The notes beneath the pieces are model-generated. The model saw only the letters and a program-made list of their open reading frames with translations. It made no database searches and was not told where the DNA came from. From Thermodesulfobacteriota bacterium (GTDB lineage Bacteria; Desulfobacterota_D; UBA1144; Nemesobacterales; Nemesobacteraceae), in the NCBI GenBank assembly GCA_965202785.1, contig OZ241855.1, positions 608,001-672,000 of the forward strand: 64,000 nt of DNA, in the 5' to 3' direction. Of the stretch, positions 8,617 to 18,310 are shown piece after piece (the first letter of the stretch is position 1; each line of letters begins with the position of its first letter). The translations under genes were made by a program, and so were the position numbers.

Positions 8617-9030
8617 AGACTCTGGAATCTGCTGACTTCGGCTGATACACGAAACTCAAACCCACATCGAAGTCAGAGAACCGACGAGGCAAAAAGAGCA
8701 AATCGGGAGAGAAGGGGATTTTGCGATTTCGCCTCTCCTGTGCCGTCGCGTATACGGGTCCGTACGCAACGGTTCGAAGAAGGCATTTAATTTTCTTTCA
8801 TTTTTATTTGGACTTTCCACCCATTCAGCCGAGTGTCCGTCCCAGAGCAGTGCTCAAATGTGCCCACTGAACCGCCTATCCAAGCCACCGGGCTCTTGGC
8901 TTGGCGACAGCTTTGCGCATCTCACGAGCGTCGACAAAGATAGCTTGGTTATAAAAAACACCCTTGATCGGTCAGTTTTTTCCGAGTCCCGGGAGACACG
9001 GATATTTGCGAAAGAATTTTCTTCTCCTGT

Positions 9031-10494
9031 CTAAACGCGTTTTCTCAAGAAAACGGCCGAGAACAAAATAGATGCCATCAAGAATAGGTTGAACAAAGCG
9101 CTTCGAGGCGTATCGGCGGTTGCGGTGATCGCGCATCCCCCATCATCCATCCTCATCGCCTCATCCTCCTTGCAGTATTCGGCACTGTCCAGATAAATTC
9201 CCGAACCGACAATGTAATATTGTGGAGGCGCACCGAGGGCGGCAAACCTACTAGGTGTTATGTCTATCACCTCGATGTAACTTTTCTTGATCGAGAGGCC
9301 AGGAACACTGTTCTTCTCAATATAGTCCTCAATACGGGTACTGGGGTCTTCGGGGTTGGCCCAGTGATATGTGACGAAACCGCCGTTTCCCTCTGCTAAA
9401 TCTGCGAGGTTCCCGCTTCCATCTGTCACTACCCTGCGAAAAGCGTCCCAGACAATTCTTCCATCACACTCAAACGGGTCCGGATCTTCTAATCCGACGC
9501 TCAGACCATGAAGATCAAAATCCAGCCCGTTTATAATCGAGATGCCCTGAACCGGGTCCAGCATGAAACTGTATATGGAACCATCTTTGAAATCCCCGGA
9601 GGCATAACATGATATTGTTTTAAAGCTTTCTGAAATGAATTTATTTTCAAGTTCCTCTCTAGCATCAGGACTAGCAAGACCCGGATTTTCTGTTATTATC
9701 CGGAGCGCCGCATCAGACCGTTGTGCCTTAGATTTCTCAGCGATTTCTTTTACATGCTGTACAAGGAGATCTTCTTTCCTTTGCGGGTCTGCCTCATCAT
9801 TGACCTGCTTGGCGGTAGTACTAAGTCTGAAATCCTCAGTTCCACAGTCAGGAGTGTCTTTGTCGATTACATCATAGTCGTCTCTCGCGTGATGAAAGCC
9901 TATGACGTTCGTCACAACAATATCAGCAACGGGGGTAACCACACCGATTCCACAAGCCACTTTGTTCTCTCCATTATCATTATAATCCACGCACACCGGA
10001 TCAGTATTGCCTGGGAACAATCCCGAATCAAGCAAGGTCTGTATGCTTCCGGTCGTCGTGCCGTTGGCATTTTCAAACCCGTAAGAAGTGATATATTTTC
10101 TGCCGTACAGATCGGGATATCGACTGTGATTTGGTATATACCCTTCGGATGTTATTCCTATGGAGTAAATATCGTTGTGATGGAAGACTCCATCGCCACC
10201 ATCTTCTTCTGTTTCTCTCGTTCGTTTCAAGAATATCGTGAATTCTCTCGACCGCTCCGATTTGTTGAGATCCGGATCTGTTGCAATTTGGTTGATGTGT
10301 TCTGACAGATGAAGAACAAGATTCTTGATACTGTCTCTATTTGCAATATCGGTGATATCCTTCGCATTTATATCGAGTTCTGCACTGTGTGTATAGCCTT
10401 TGTACTGATGAGCGGATGCTTCAATACCGAACGAAAAACCAGAAACCGCCGCTAAAAACAAACTCAAAATTATTCTACGGATTATTAAGCTCAT
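9031..10494 (-). CDS. Exported Cache-domain protein with C-terminal GGC-type sorting/anchor signal
   Basis: N-terminal signal peptide; Cache-like segments GSIYSFMLD, GFVTYHWANP, KKSYIE and IVGSGIY; C-terminus GGCAI...hydrophobic helix...RKRV. Confidence 0.7.
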   Translation of the reverse strand: MSLIIRRIILSLFLAAVSGFSFGIEASAHQYKGYTHSAELDINAKDITDIANRDSIKNLVLHLSEHINQIATDPDLNKSERSREFTIFLKRTRETEEDGGDGVFHHNDIYSIGITSEGYIPNHSRYPDLYGRKYITSYGFENANGTTTGSIQTLLDSGLFPGNTDPVCVDYNDNGENKVACGIGVVTPVADIVVTNVIGFHHARDDYDVIDKDTPDCGTEDFRLSTTAKQVNDEADPQRKEDLLVQHVKEIAEKSKAQRSDAALRIITENPGLASPDAREELENKFISESFKTISCYASGDFKDGSIYSFMLDPVQGISIINGLDFDLHGLSVGLEDPDPFECDGRIVWDAFRRVVTDGSGNLADLAEGNGGFVTYHWANPEDPSTRIEDYIEKNSVPGLSIKKSYIEVIDITPSRFAALGAPPQYYIVGSGIYLDSAEYCKEDEAMRMDDGGCAITATADTPRSALFNLFLMASILFSAVFLRKRV

Positions 10495-10733
10495 ATCTGA
10501 GAACCTCCCTCAACATATCCTTTTCCTCTTCCAAACCTCAGCAATATGGAATGACCGTTCCTTGCTACGAATATTCTACAGTTTTAAATTTTTTGTCAAA
10601 ACACCTATAAAAATAGGCATCTGCGATGTAATGGTTTTCGGGGTTCAGGTTTCAGGAACCAGAGCGGTATCAGCGTAACACCCCGACACAAGCGACACCA
10701 TACCTCCGGGTTTCCGATCATGCTCGGCACACT

Positions 10734-10768
10734 AAAAAAAGGGGGGACTCGAAAGTCCCCCTTTTTTT
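10734..10768. terminator. Intrinsic terminator
   Basis: A7-GGGGGGACT-CGAA-AGTCCCCC-T7. Confidence 0.9.
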
Positions 10769-10973
10769 GTAAACCACCTGTAAACCGGCACTCCCTTGCT
10801 TCAAAGACAAGGAATTATTTGCTCGGCGACTGCTACTTGAAGCTGAAGTCGCCTCGCAAACTTCCGTTAAGTTTCGGACTGCCTAGCCGAAACAAAACTG
10901 ACTCTTAAAAGTCCCGTGCTTCCCGTTCATCCCGACACCGGGATTTTTCAGAAAAGCACGACAGTATCAAACC

Positions 10974-11507
10974 TTAGCCTGGTACTCCACCGAGAGGATT
11001 CCACTTCTCTGTAAGCAGAAGCATTCCCGGTATCAACAGAGTCACTATCGACTCTATTATGAACAGATAGGCTATCGGCTTGCCAAGATCCTGTCCCTGC
11101 GAGAACGCGAGGAAGCAAAGAAGTACCAGCAAAGCCCATGCCCAGCAGAAGTACGCAAAGTACGCAAGCCCAAGTGCCTGGAAATGAGCCCCGTACCATA
11201 TAAACACCACCGTTGCGAAAAGACAGTACACTCCAAGCCCTTTCGCGTCATGTCCGTGTACGAATACCGCGTAGACTATCAGGTATATCAATGCAAATAC
11301 CGATACTAGCGCGGTAGCCGCCGTAAGACCCAGGGTGTGCAGCTTCCAAGCGGCAATCGCTATGAGAACGCCGACTCCAAGATTGAGCACGCCCACTTCC
11401 TTCGCTCCGGTTTTACCCAAAAGGGTCATTCCGTTCGCGAAGAACACAAACCCTACGAGCAGCAAAACGTAACCTAACAAAGCTTCTATTGGAACCATAC
11501 TAACCAT
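10974..11507 (-). CDS. AmiS/UreI family amide/urea channel
   Basis: Six hydrophobic helices; LLLVGFVFFANG, KEVGVLNL, DAKGLGVYCLF and WAWALL motifs. Confidence 0.8.
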   Translation of the reverse strand: MVSMVPIEALLGYVLLLVGFVFFANGMTLLGKTGAKEVGVLNLGVGVLIAIAAWKLHTLGLTAATALVSVFALIYLIVYAVFVHGHDAKGLGVYCLFATVVFIWYGAHFQALGLAYFAYFCWAWALLVLLCFLAFSQGQDLGKPIAYLFIIESIVTLLIPGMLLLTEKWNPLGGVPG

Positions 11508-11630
11508 ACCTCCTGTATGAGATCATAACCGTTCCTGGTCCCAAGACAGGGACCGCTAATTATGCTTTTATCACAGGAGCGTATTCAATGTCAAGCGTAA
11601 ATTACAACCGCAACTCGGGGCAAAACGACA

Positions 11631-12128
11631 TTACCGGGAAGGAATAAAATCCAAAGCGACCGAGTTTATGCAGTATCGAAGCCCCGTTGGAGGAGGACCA
11701 TCTTTGAAAACATGTCCCAGGTGTTCTCCGCATTTACTTGATACTACCTCATAGCGCCTGAGTCCGAAGGAATTGTCGGGGACTATCCTCACGGCGTCCT
11801 CGCTTACGGGCCTCCAGAAACTCGGCCATCCGGTTTTTGAATCGTATTTATGCTCGGAGGAAAAAACGGGCTGTCCGCAGCCGGCGGTCACGTATACCCC
11901 TTTTTCCTTGTTGTAAAGCAGTTCCCCCGAGAAGGGAGCTTCCGTGCCTTTTTTCCAGAGCACTTTGTACTCAAGGGGCGAAAGCTTCTTTTTCCACTGC
12001 TCCGTGGTAAGTCCCATTATCCCCTCGGGCGGCCTCTTCTCAGCCTGCTCGCCTCCCGCGGGCGAAAACGGCGAAAAAACAAGGACCGAAACCGCAAGGA
12101 TAATCAAGAATATTCCGCGCACAATCAT
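11631..12128 (-). CDS. msrB: Peptide-methionine (R)-S-oxide reductase with N-terminal signal peptide
   Basis: GTEAPFSG, KYDSKTGWPSF and HLGHVFKDGPPPTGLRYCINS. Confidence 0.95.
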   Translation of the reverse strand: MIVRGIFLIILAVSVLVFSPFSPAGGEQAEKRPPEGIMGLTTEQWKKKLSPLEYKVLWKKGTEAPFSGELLYNKEKGVYVTAGCGQPVFSSEHKYDSKTGWPSFWRPVSEDAVRIVPDNSFGLRRYEVVSSKCGEHLGHVFKDGPPPTGLRYCINSVALDFIPSR

Positions 12129-12241
12129 GAAGATGACCTCTTACTTCTGAATATAAACATCCGCGGTGTTCATGTAAAGTGTCTTAAAATCAGGTATCTA
12201 AAAACAAAAACCCTGCGCGAAGCGCGGTGGAGGTAACAAGC

Positions 12242-13636
12242 ATGCCGAAAACACTTGAGGTTCTCGGAGTCTACGACGAAAAACTCATAAGAAAAATTCC
12301 CGTGACCAGCAAAAAGGAGATGCAGAAAGCGCTTTCCGAGGCAAGGGCTCTTGCCGATAGGCCTTCAGAGAGAATTCCCGTTCCGCAAAGAATAGAGATC
12401 CTCGAGCGAACCAGGGCGTTTGTAGAGAGAAACTACGACCGTATCGTAGCGGACGCCGCCGCAGAGGGAGGAAAACCCCTCATTGACACCAGAGCCGAGA
12501 TTACGAGGGCCATAAACGGAATAAAGGTGGCGGCCGAATCCCTCTCAAATCTCGGAGGAGAGGAAATACCCATGGGCTCAAACGCCGCTTCCCTTAACAG
12601 GATGGCATTCACTCTCAGGGAACCTATAGGGGTCGTGGTGGCCATCTCGGCCTTCAATCACCCTTTTAACCTCGCCGTTCACCAAGTGATACCAGCGGTG
12701 GCTGTCGGCTGCCCGGTAATCATAAAACCCGCGCTTAATACCCCCCTTTCCTGCCTTAACCTGCTTGAAGCTCTCTACGAGAGCGGTCTTCCGGAAAAGT
12801 GGGCCCGCCCCGTTATAGTGGACGATACGCTCGCCGAGGCGCTGGCCACCGACAGAAGGGTCAACTACCTTACATTCATCGGCTCCGCCAAAGTGGGATG
12901 GCATCTGAGGTCAAGACTCGCACCGGGAACGAGATGTGCTCTTGAGCACGGGGGCGCGGCTCCCGTGATAGTGGAGCGCGACGCCGACATAGACGACATG
13001 CTTCCCCTTCTGGCAAAAGGCGGCTTCTACCACGCGGGCCAGGTCTGCGTTTCCGTGCAAAGGGTTTTCGCACAAAGCTCGGTAGTGAAAAAGGTCGCCA
13101 GGGGACTTAAAAAACTCGCCCTTGAGACAAAAGTCGGAGACCCGATGAGCGAAGACACGCAGATAGGCCCCCTTATAAACCCGAAGGAGGTTTCGAGAGT
13201 CCATACCTGGGTAAGAGAGGCTTTGAGAAAAGACGGAAAGCTTCTTTGCGGAGGCAGGAAAATAGGGAAAACCTGCTACGAACCCACGGTAATCCTTAAC
13301 CCGAGCCAGAGTTGCAGGCTATCGCGCGAGGAAATCTTCGGACCCGTTATAGCCGTTTACTCTTATGAGAAAACGGACGATGCCATAGAACTGGCAAACA
13401 GCCTCCCCTACTCGTTTCAGGCGTCGGTATTCACCAAGAACATCGATACCGCCCTTGGGGCCGTGAAGAAGTTAAAGGCGGCCTCAGTGCTCGTAAACGA
13501 TCACACCGCGTTCCGGGTCGACTGGATGCCTTTCCGGGGAGCCGGGCACTCGGGAATAGGAACGGGAGGAATTCCGTACACTATGCGCGAGATGACCCAC
13601 GAAAAACTTATGGTGATAAGGTCATCCGCGGTATAA
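12242..13636 (+). CDS. Aldehyde dehydrogenase family protein
   Basis: AFNHPFNL, FIGSAKVG, LEHGG, GQVCVS and EEIFGPV; ATG 12242 follows GGAGG. Confidence 0.93.
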   Translation: MPKTLEVLGVYDEKLIRKIPVTSKKEMQKALSEARALADRPSERIPVPQRIEILERTRAFVERNYDRIVADAAAEGGKPLIDTRAEITRAINGIKVAAESLSNLGGEEIPMGSNAASLNRMAFTLREPIGVVVAISAFNHPFNLAVHQVIPAVAVGCPVIIKPALNTPLSCLNLLEALYESGLPEKWARPVIVDDTLAEALATDRRVNYLTFIGSAKVGWHLRSRLAPGTRCALEHGGAAPVIVERDADIDDMLPLLAKGGFYHAGQVCVSVQRVFAQSSVVKKVARGLKKLALETKVGDPMSEDTQIGPLINPKEVSRVHTWVREALRKDGKLLCGGRKIGKTCYEPTVILNPSQSCRLSREEIFGPVIAVYSYEKTDDAIELANSLPYSFQASVFTKNIDTALGAVKKLKAASVLVNDHTAFRVDWMPFRGAGHSGIGTGGIPYTMREMTHEKLMVIRSSAV

Positions 13637-13647
13637 AAAGATCCTAG

Positions 13648-13689
13648 AAAAAAGTTCCTGCCGGGACCGAATCCATCCCGGCAGGAAAA
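13648..13689. terminator. Intrinsic terminator between convergent genes
   Basis: TTCCTGCCGGGA...TCCCGGCAGGAA inverted repeat with flanking A tract. Confidence 0.75.
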
Positions 13690-13710
13690 TATCGTTGCGA
13701 CAAGACAGGC

Positions 13711-16251
13711 TTAGAAGCTGTACTCGTAAGCCACGTAGTAATAGCCACCGTTAAATCCAAAAGGCGCCGAACGCCGCGAGTAGGTGAAAACTCCCGGGGA
13801 ATCGACTATAAGAGACCCGTCGTGATCATATATGGTACCGCCCCTTGACTGGCCGATCTCGTTTTTGTCGGGCTTTACATCAAAAAGGTTGTTTGCCCCG
13901 ACTTTAATCGTGCCGACTTTGCCCAGTCCCAGGCTAAGATTCGCATCGGTAATGTACTTTGCTCCATAAGTCTGGCTTTTCCCGCCGTCAACAACCGTAT
14001 ATTCCCCGTAGCGGTGAACGGCAACCAGCAGGGATGCGAATCCTTTTGAATAAGAACCGGAAAGGGAGAACCGGTCCTTAGGCTGCCATTCTTCTATAAT
14101 CGAACGGTCCTGCGCCGTAAAAAGCTCTTCGGGAAGGCCGAGCGGAAGATTCACGTCCGTGATCTCGGTTTCGTTTACAGTTCCCGCAAAAACGATTTTT
14201 AAAGTAGACCTGTCGGAAAAAGAATGATCATAACTCGCGACCACATCTACCCCCTTGGTCGTAGTGTCCGCGGCGTTCATGAAGAACTGACCCTGCTGAG
14301 CCCCTACGCTATCCCTTACCGACTGGGGAATAGCTTCATTGCCCTCGCTAATCCTTCCGCTCAGGATAATACGATCGTCAATCAGTATGTAGTAGAAATC
14401 GGTCGTAATTGTGAGAGCGGGGAACGGGTTGAACACGAAACCGGCGCTGAAATTCCTTGAAGTTTCTTCTTTAAGCTCCGGAACTCCTATCATCCTTGCC
14501 AGATCACTGTCATTACGGAAAGTCCCCACTTCAAATGCATCAAATTCTCCCGTCTGCTCATTAAGATTGAACTGTGTCGAGACGTTATTGAAATAAATCT
14601 GCTGCATGGAGGGAGCCCTAAACCCGGTGCTCGCAGAACCTCTAAGGGCAAACGAATCGGAAAGCCCGGCTCGGGCGGAGAGTTTTCCGTTAAAGGTGTT
14701 TCCGAAATCGCTGTAGTTCTCGTAGCGCACCGCAGGACTTAAAAGCAGCACCTCCCCCACGTCAAACTCCGCGTCGGCGTAAGCGGAAAAAGCATCCCTC
14801 GCTTCTGAAAGCTCGTTGCTAGGCTTGAAACCAGGAAATACCTGTATTCCGGGAGACCCTCTACCTCCAGGACCATCGTAGTCTTCATATGAATACGCTT
14901 CGCCGGCTTCTATTTCATATTCCTCCCTTCTGTACTCACCTCCCCAGGCAAGATTTCCAAACGTAAAAGGAGCTGTAAAATCAAGATTCACGTTATGCTG
15001 AAGAAGCTTCAACTCTCCCGCGTCGGCGGACAGTGGAATTGAACCGGTGTAATCCGCATCGGAGAGACATTGCTCCGCTTCACCGGTATGACACCTGACC
15101 CATGAAGCGTTATGGGAATCAGTGATTTCAAAGGAAAAAGAGTTTCCACCCACTACATAACTCGCGTCCATTTTGACGCTGTCGGTAAGGTCTCCCTCGA
15201 AACCCAGACCGACTCCGAAATCATTTATACTGGTGTTGATAAGAGGAAGAAAACCGTCCGGGTAATCTGATCCGGCAGGGTTTCTGTCAAGCTGATTCGC
15301 CCTTCTGTAAAAACCTCCGCTCTCGTTTTCCCTTTTTGACAGGTCAAAGAAGCTGTAAATCTCACCGTGCATCAGGTCCACCGGCGCTCTCATGTTGAGC
15401 ACAAAACTTACGTGCGTGGAATCTGCGTCACCCACTCTGAACCTGTCCCTGTCAAAGACACGCTCGGGATCGTTTACACTGTTGGCTGAAAGCGTCCGCG
15501 GACCACTCAGGCTTCCGCACGGGGCCGCATTTCCATCCGCGTCAAGACATTCACTTCCCGGATACTGGATATCTCCCATTACTCCCGCCCTGTTGGAACG
15601 GCTCCTGTCCCTTACTTCAAGGGTCGCATTAACGACGCTTTCGCCGCCGAGCGAAAAACCCTTGTTTATGCTCGCCACAAGAGTTTCTCCGTCTCCTTCG
15701 TAGAGCTGTCCGGCAGTCGCCGTTATCTTGCCGTCGTAGCCGTCCTTAAGGATTATGTTTATAACACCGGATATAGCATCTGAACCGTACTGCGCTGAAG
15801 CACCGTCCCTCAGCACCTCGATTCTCTTTATGGCACTTACGGGAATCGTGTTCATGTCAACGCCCGCGGTACCACGACCCACGGAGGTGTTTACGTGTAT
15901 AAGGGCGCTTTTGTGGCGCCGCTTTCCGTTAACAAGCACCAGAACCTGATCAGGTCCAAGGCCTCGAAGTGTGGCGGGGCGAAGAGAATCGGTTCCGTCG
16001 CTTATGGTCGAGCTCGAGAAATTAAAAGACGGTATGAGCTCCTGAATAATTCTTCCCACCTCGGTCTGGCCCGTCGCGACGATCTCCTCTTCGGTTATGA
16101 CGTCAACGGGAACCGGGGAGTCTGAAACGCTGCGTTCCTCAAAACGGCTTCCGAGCACTACGAGCTTTTCAAGTTCGAAAGCGTTTGTTAAGGGACTTAG
16201 CAAACCTGCAACTAGCAGTGTGGCAAGTCCCGCAATGATTCCTTTTCTCAT
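13711..16251 (-). CDS. TonB-dependent outer-membrane receptor
   Basis: Signal peptide; TonB-box-like LEKLVVLGSR; plug motifs LRGLGPDQVLVLVNGKR and IEVLRDGASAQYGSDAISGVINIILK; C-terminal YEYSF. Start placed at ATG 16251 (RBS AGGAGG), not the ORF-track start. Confidence 0.95.
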   Translation of the reverse strand: MRKGIIAGLATLLVAGLLSPLTNAFELEKLVVLGSRFEERSVSDSPVPVDVITEEEIVATGQTEVGRIIQELIPSFNFSSSTISDGTDSLRPATLRGLGPDQVLVLVNGKRRHKSALIHVNTSVGRGTAGVDMNTIPVSAIKRIEVLRDGASAQYGSDAISGVINIILKDGYDGKITATAGQLYEGDGETLVASINKGFSLGGESVVNATLEVRDRSRSNRAGVMGDIQYPGSECLDADGNAAPCGSLSGPRTLSANSVNDPERVFDRDRFRVGDADSTHVSFVLNMRAPVDLMHGEIYSFFDLSKRENESGGFYRRANQLDRNPAGSDYPDGFLPLINTSINDFGVGLGFEGDLTDSVKMDASYVVGGNSFSFEITDSHNASWVRCHTGEAEQCLSDADYTGSIPLSADAGELKLLQHNVNLDFTAPFTFGNLAWGGEYRREEYEIEAGEAYSYEDYDGPGGRGSPGIQVFPGFKPSNELSEARDAFSAYADAEFDVGEVLLLSPAVRYENYSDFGNTFNGKLSARAGLSDSFALRGSASTGFRAPSMQQIYFNNVSTQFNLNEQTGEFDAFEVGTFRNDSDLARMIGVPELKEETSRNFSAGFVFNPFPALTITTDFYYILIDDRIILSGRISEGNEAIPQSVRDSVGAQQGQFFMNAADTTTKGVDVVASYDHSFSDRSTLKIVFAGTVNETEITDVNLPLGLPEELFTAQDRSIIEEWQPKDRFSLSGSYSKGFASLLVAVHRYGEYTVVDGGKSQTYGAKYITDANLSLGLGKVGTIKVGANNLFDVKPDKNEIGQSRGGTIYDHDGSLIVDSPGVFTYSRRSAPFGFNGGYYYVAYEYSF

Positions 16252-16486
16252 CTCCATCCTCCTTGATCTGAAATAATGCGGATTTTCGATTATAACACAG
16301 AACACAGCATAGTTTAAAGCGTAATATCTACAGGAAAACGAAAAATCTAGAAATAATTGCCCTTCCTTACGAGTCCTAAGAAAAACCACCGCGGAGCAAG
16401 TGTAGGCAATCGGGTTCCATCAAGGCACGATGGGTCTTCCCGGCGTTTGAAACATAAGGACATTGCTTTATACTTTCAGCCTGATC

Positions 16487-18283
16487 ATGGAAACAGACTT
16501 AATTCGAAATTTCTCCATAATAGCCCACGTCGATCACGGCAAGTCAACTCTCGCCGACAGGCTCCTTGAGTTCACCGGCACCCTAAGCGAACGCGAGAAA
16601 ACCGAGCAGTTCCTAGACAACATGGAGATAGAGAGAGAAAGGGGAATAACGATAAAAGCCCAGGCGGTAAGACTCAAGTACAAAGCTGACGACGGCAGAA
16701 CATACGAATTCAACCTTATAGACACTCCCGGGCACGTCGATTTCAGCTATGAAGTGTCGCGAAGCCTGATAGCGTGCGAGGGAGCTCTACTGGTCGTTGA
16801 CGCCTCCCAGGGAGTTGAGGCCCAGACGCTTGCCCATGCCTACCTGGCCGCCGACTCCGGGCTTGAACTCGTCCCCGTCGTAAACAAAATAGACCTGCCT
16901 TCCGCGGAACCCGACAGGGTGAAAAAAGAGATAGAGGACATAGTCGGAATCTCCACCGAGGACGCCGTTTTGGCAAGCGCCAAGGAAGGAACCGGCACTA
17001 AGGAAATACTGGAATCGATCGTGGCGCTCATACCGCCCCCGAAAACCCCCGAGGACTCAAGGCTCAAGGCACTCATATTCGACAGCTGGTTCGATTCGTA
17101 CCAGGGCGTCGTGATGCTGGTAAGGATATACGAAGGAACGGTAAGACTCGGGATGAACATCAAGCTAATGGCAACCGGCAAGAAATACGAAGTCAGGAAA
17201 ATAGGTACGTTCGCTCCGCAGGCAACAGAACTTGAGCAGCTCGGGGCGGGACAGGTCGGATTCATAACTGCCTCTATAAAGGAAATCGGCGAGGCGGGGG
17301 TCGGGGATACAATAACGGCGGCCGATTCCCCCACTGAAAAGCCCCTCGAGGGGTTCAAGGTAATAAAACCCATGGTCTTCAGCGGACTCTACCCAATCGA
17401 TACGGGAGATTACGACAAACTGAAAGAGGGACTCGAAAAACTCAAACTAAATGACTCATCTCTCGTTTACGAACCGGAGACATCGCTTGCGCTCGGATTT
17501 GGATTCCGCTGCGGTTTTCTCGGACTTCTTCACATGGAGATCGTGCGGGAGAGAGTGGAGAGGGAATTCGAAGTGAATCTCATAACGACTGCCCCCACGG
17601 TTATTTACAGGGCCGTCTATCCGGGAGGAAAGGAAGTTTACGTCGATAACCCGAGCGAACTTCCGACGGGCGACCGCTCAGCCCGGCTCCAGGAACCGTA
17701 CGTGTACGTGTCTGTTCACACCCCTTCGGATTACCTTGGGCAGATATTCGAGCTCTGCGAGAAAAGAAGGGGGATACAGAGGAACCTGAGCTACGTGACC
17801 GAGAACAGGGCCATAATCGAATACGAACTTCCCCTTGCGGAAATAGTCTACGATTTCTACGACACCCTTAAATCCGTCACCAAGGGGTATGCCTCGATGG
17901 ATTACGAACCCGCGGGATACAAGGATTCTGACCTCATAAAGCTCGATATTCTCGTTAACGGAAACCCGGTTGACGCGCTCTCCATAATCTCTCACAAGGA
18001 CAAAGCATACGAGAGGGGGAGGGAACTTATAGTGAAGCTCCGCTCGCTAATCCCCCGCCAGCTCTACGAGGTAGCCATACAGGCGGCGATCGGAAGCCGG
18101 GTGATAGCCCGCGAATCCGTAAAGGCGATGAGAAAGGACGTTACCTCCAAGTGCTACGGGGGGGACGTCACCAGGAAAAGAAAGCTTCTTGAGAAACAGA
18201 AAGAGGGAAAAAAGAGGATGAAGCAGGTAGGAAGGGTGGAGATACCGCAGGAAGCTTTTCTGGCCGTGCTTAAAAACGACTGA
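16487..18283 (+). CDS. lepA: Elongation factor 4
   Basis: [39 protein letters not shown] and KCYGGD. Confidence 0.98.
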   Translation: METDLIRNFSIIAHVDHGKSTLADRLLEFTGTLSEREKTEQFLDNMEIERERGITIKAQAVRLKYKADDGRTYEFNLIDTPGHVDFSYEVSRSLIACEGALLVVDASQGVEAQTLAHAYLAADSGLELVPVVNKIDLPSAEPDRVKKEIEDIVGISTEDAVLASAKEGTGTKEILESIVALIPPPKTPEDSRLKALIFDSWFDSYQGVVMLVRIYEGTVRLGMNIKLMATGKKYEVRKIGTFAPQATELEQLGAGQVGFITASIKEIGEAGVGDTITAADSPTEKPLEGFKVIKPMVFSGLYPIDTGDYDKLKEGLEKLKLNDSSLVYEPETSLALGFGFRCGFLGLLHMEIVRERVEREFEVNLITTAPTVIYRAVYPGGKEVYVDNPSELPTGDRSARLQEPYVYVSVHTPSDYLGQIFELCEKRRGIQRNLSYVTENRAIIEYELPLAEIVYDFYDTLKSVTKGYASMDYEPAGYKDSDLIKLDILVNGNPVDALSIISHKDKAYERGRELIVKLRSLIPRQLYEVAIQAAIGSRVIARESVKAMRKDVTSKCYGGDVTRKRKLLEKQKEGKKRMKQVGRVEIPQEAFLAVLKND

Positions 18284-18310
18284 AGGCAAAGCCCCCCTTG
18301 GAAGTGAACT

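Noticed and set aside
11631-12128. Selenocysteine in MsrB
   Set aside because: The catalytic residue is a normal Cys codon and there is no in-frame TGA.
16252-16486. Possible cobalamin or TPP riboswitch ahead of the TonB-dependent receptor
   Set aside because: No recognisable riboswitch core; a TATAAT sits ~40 nt from the start, leaving no room for one.
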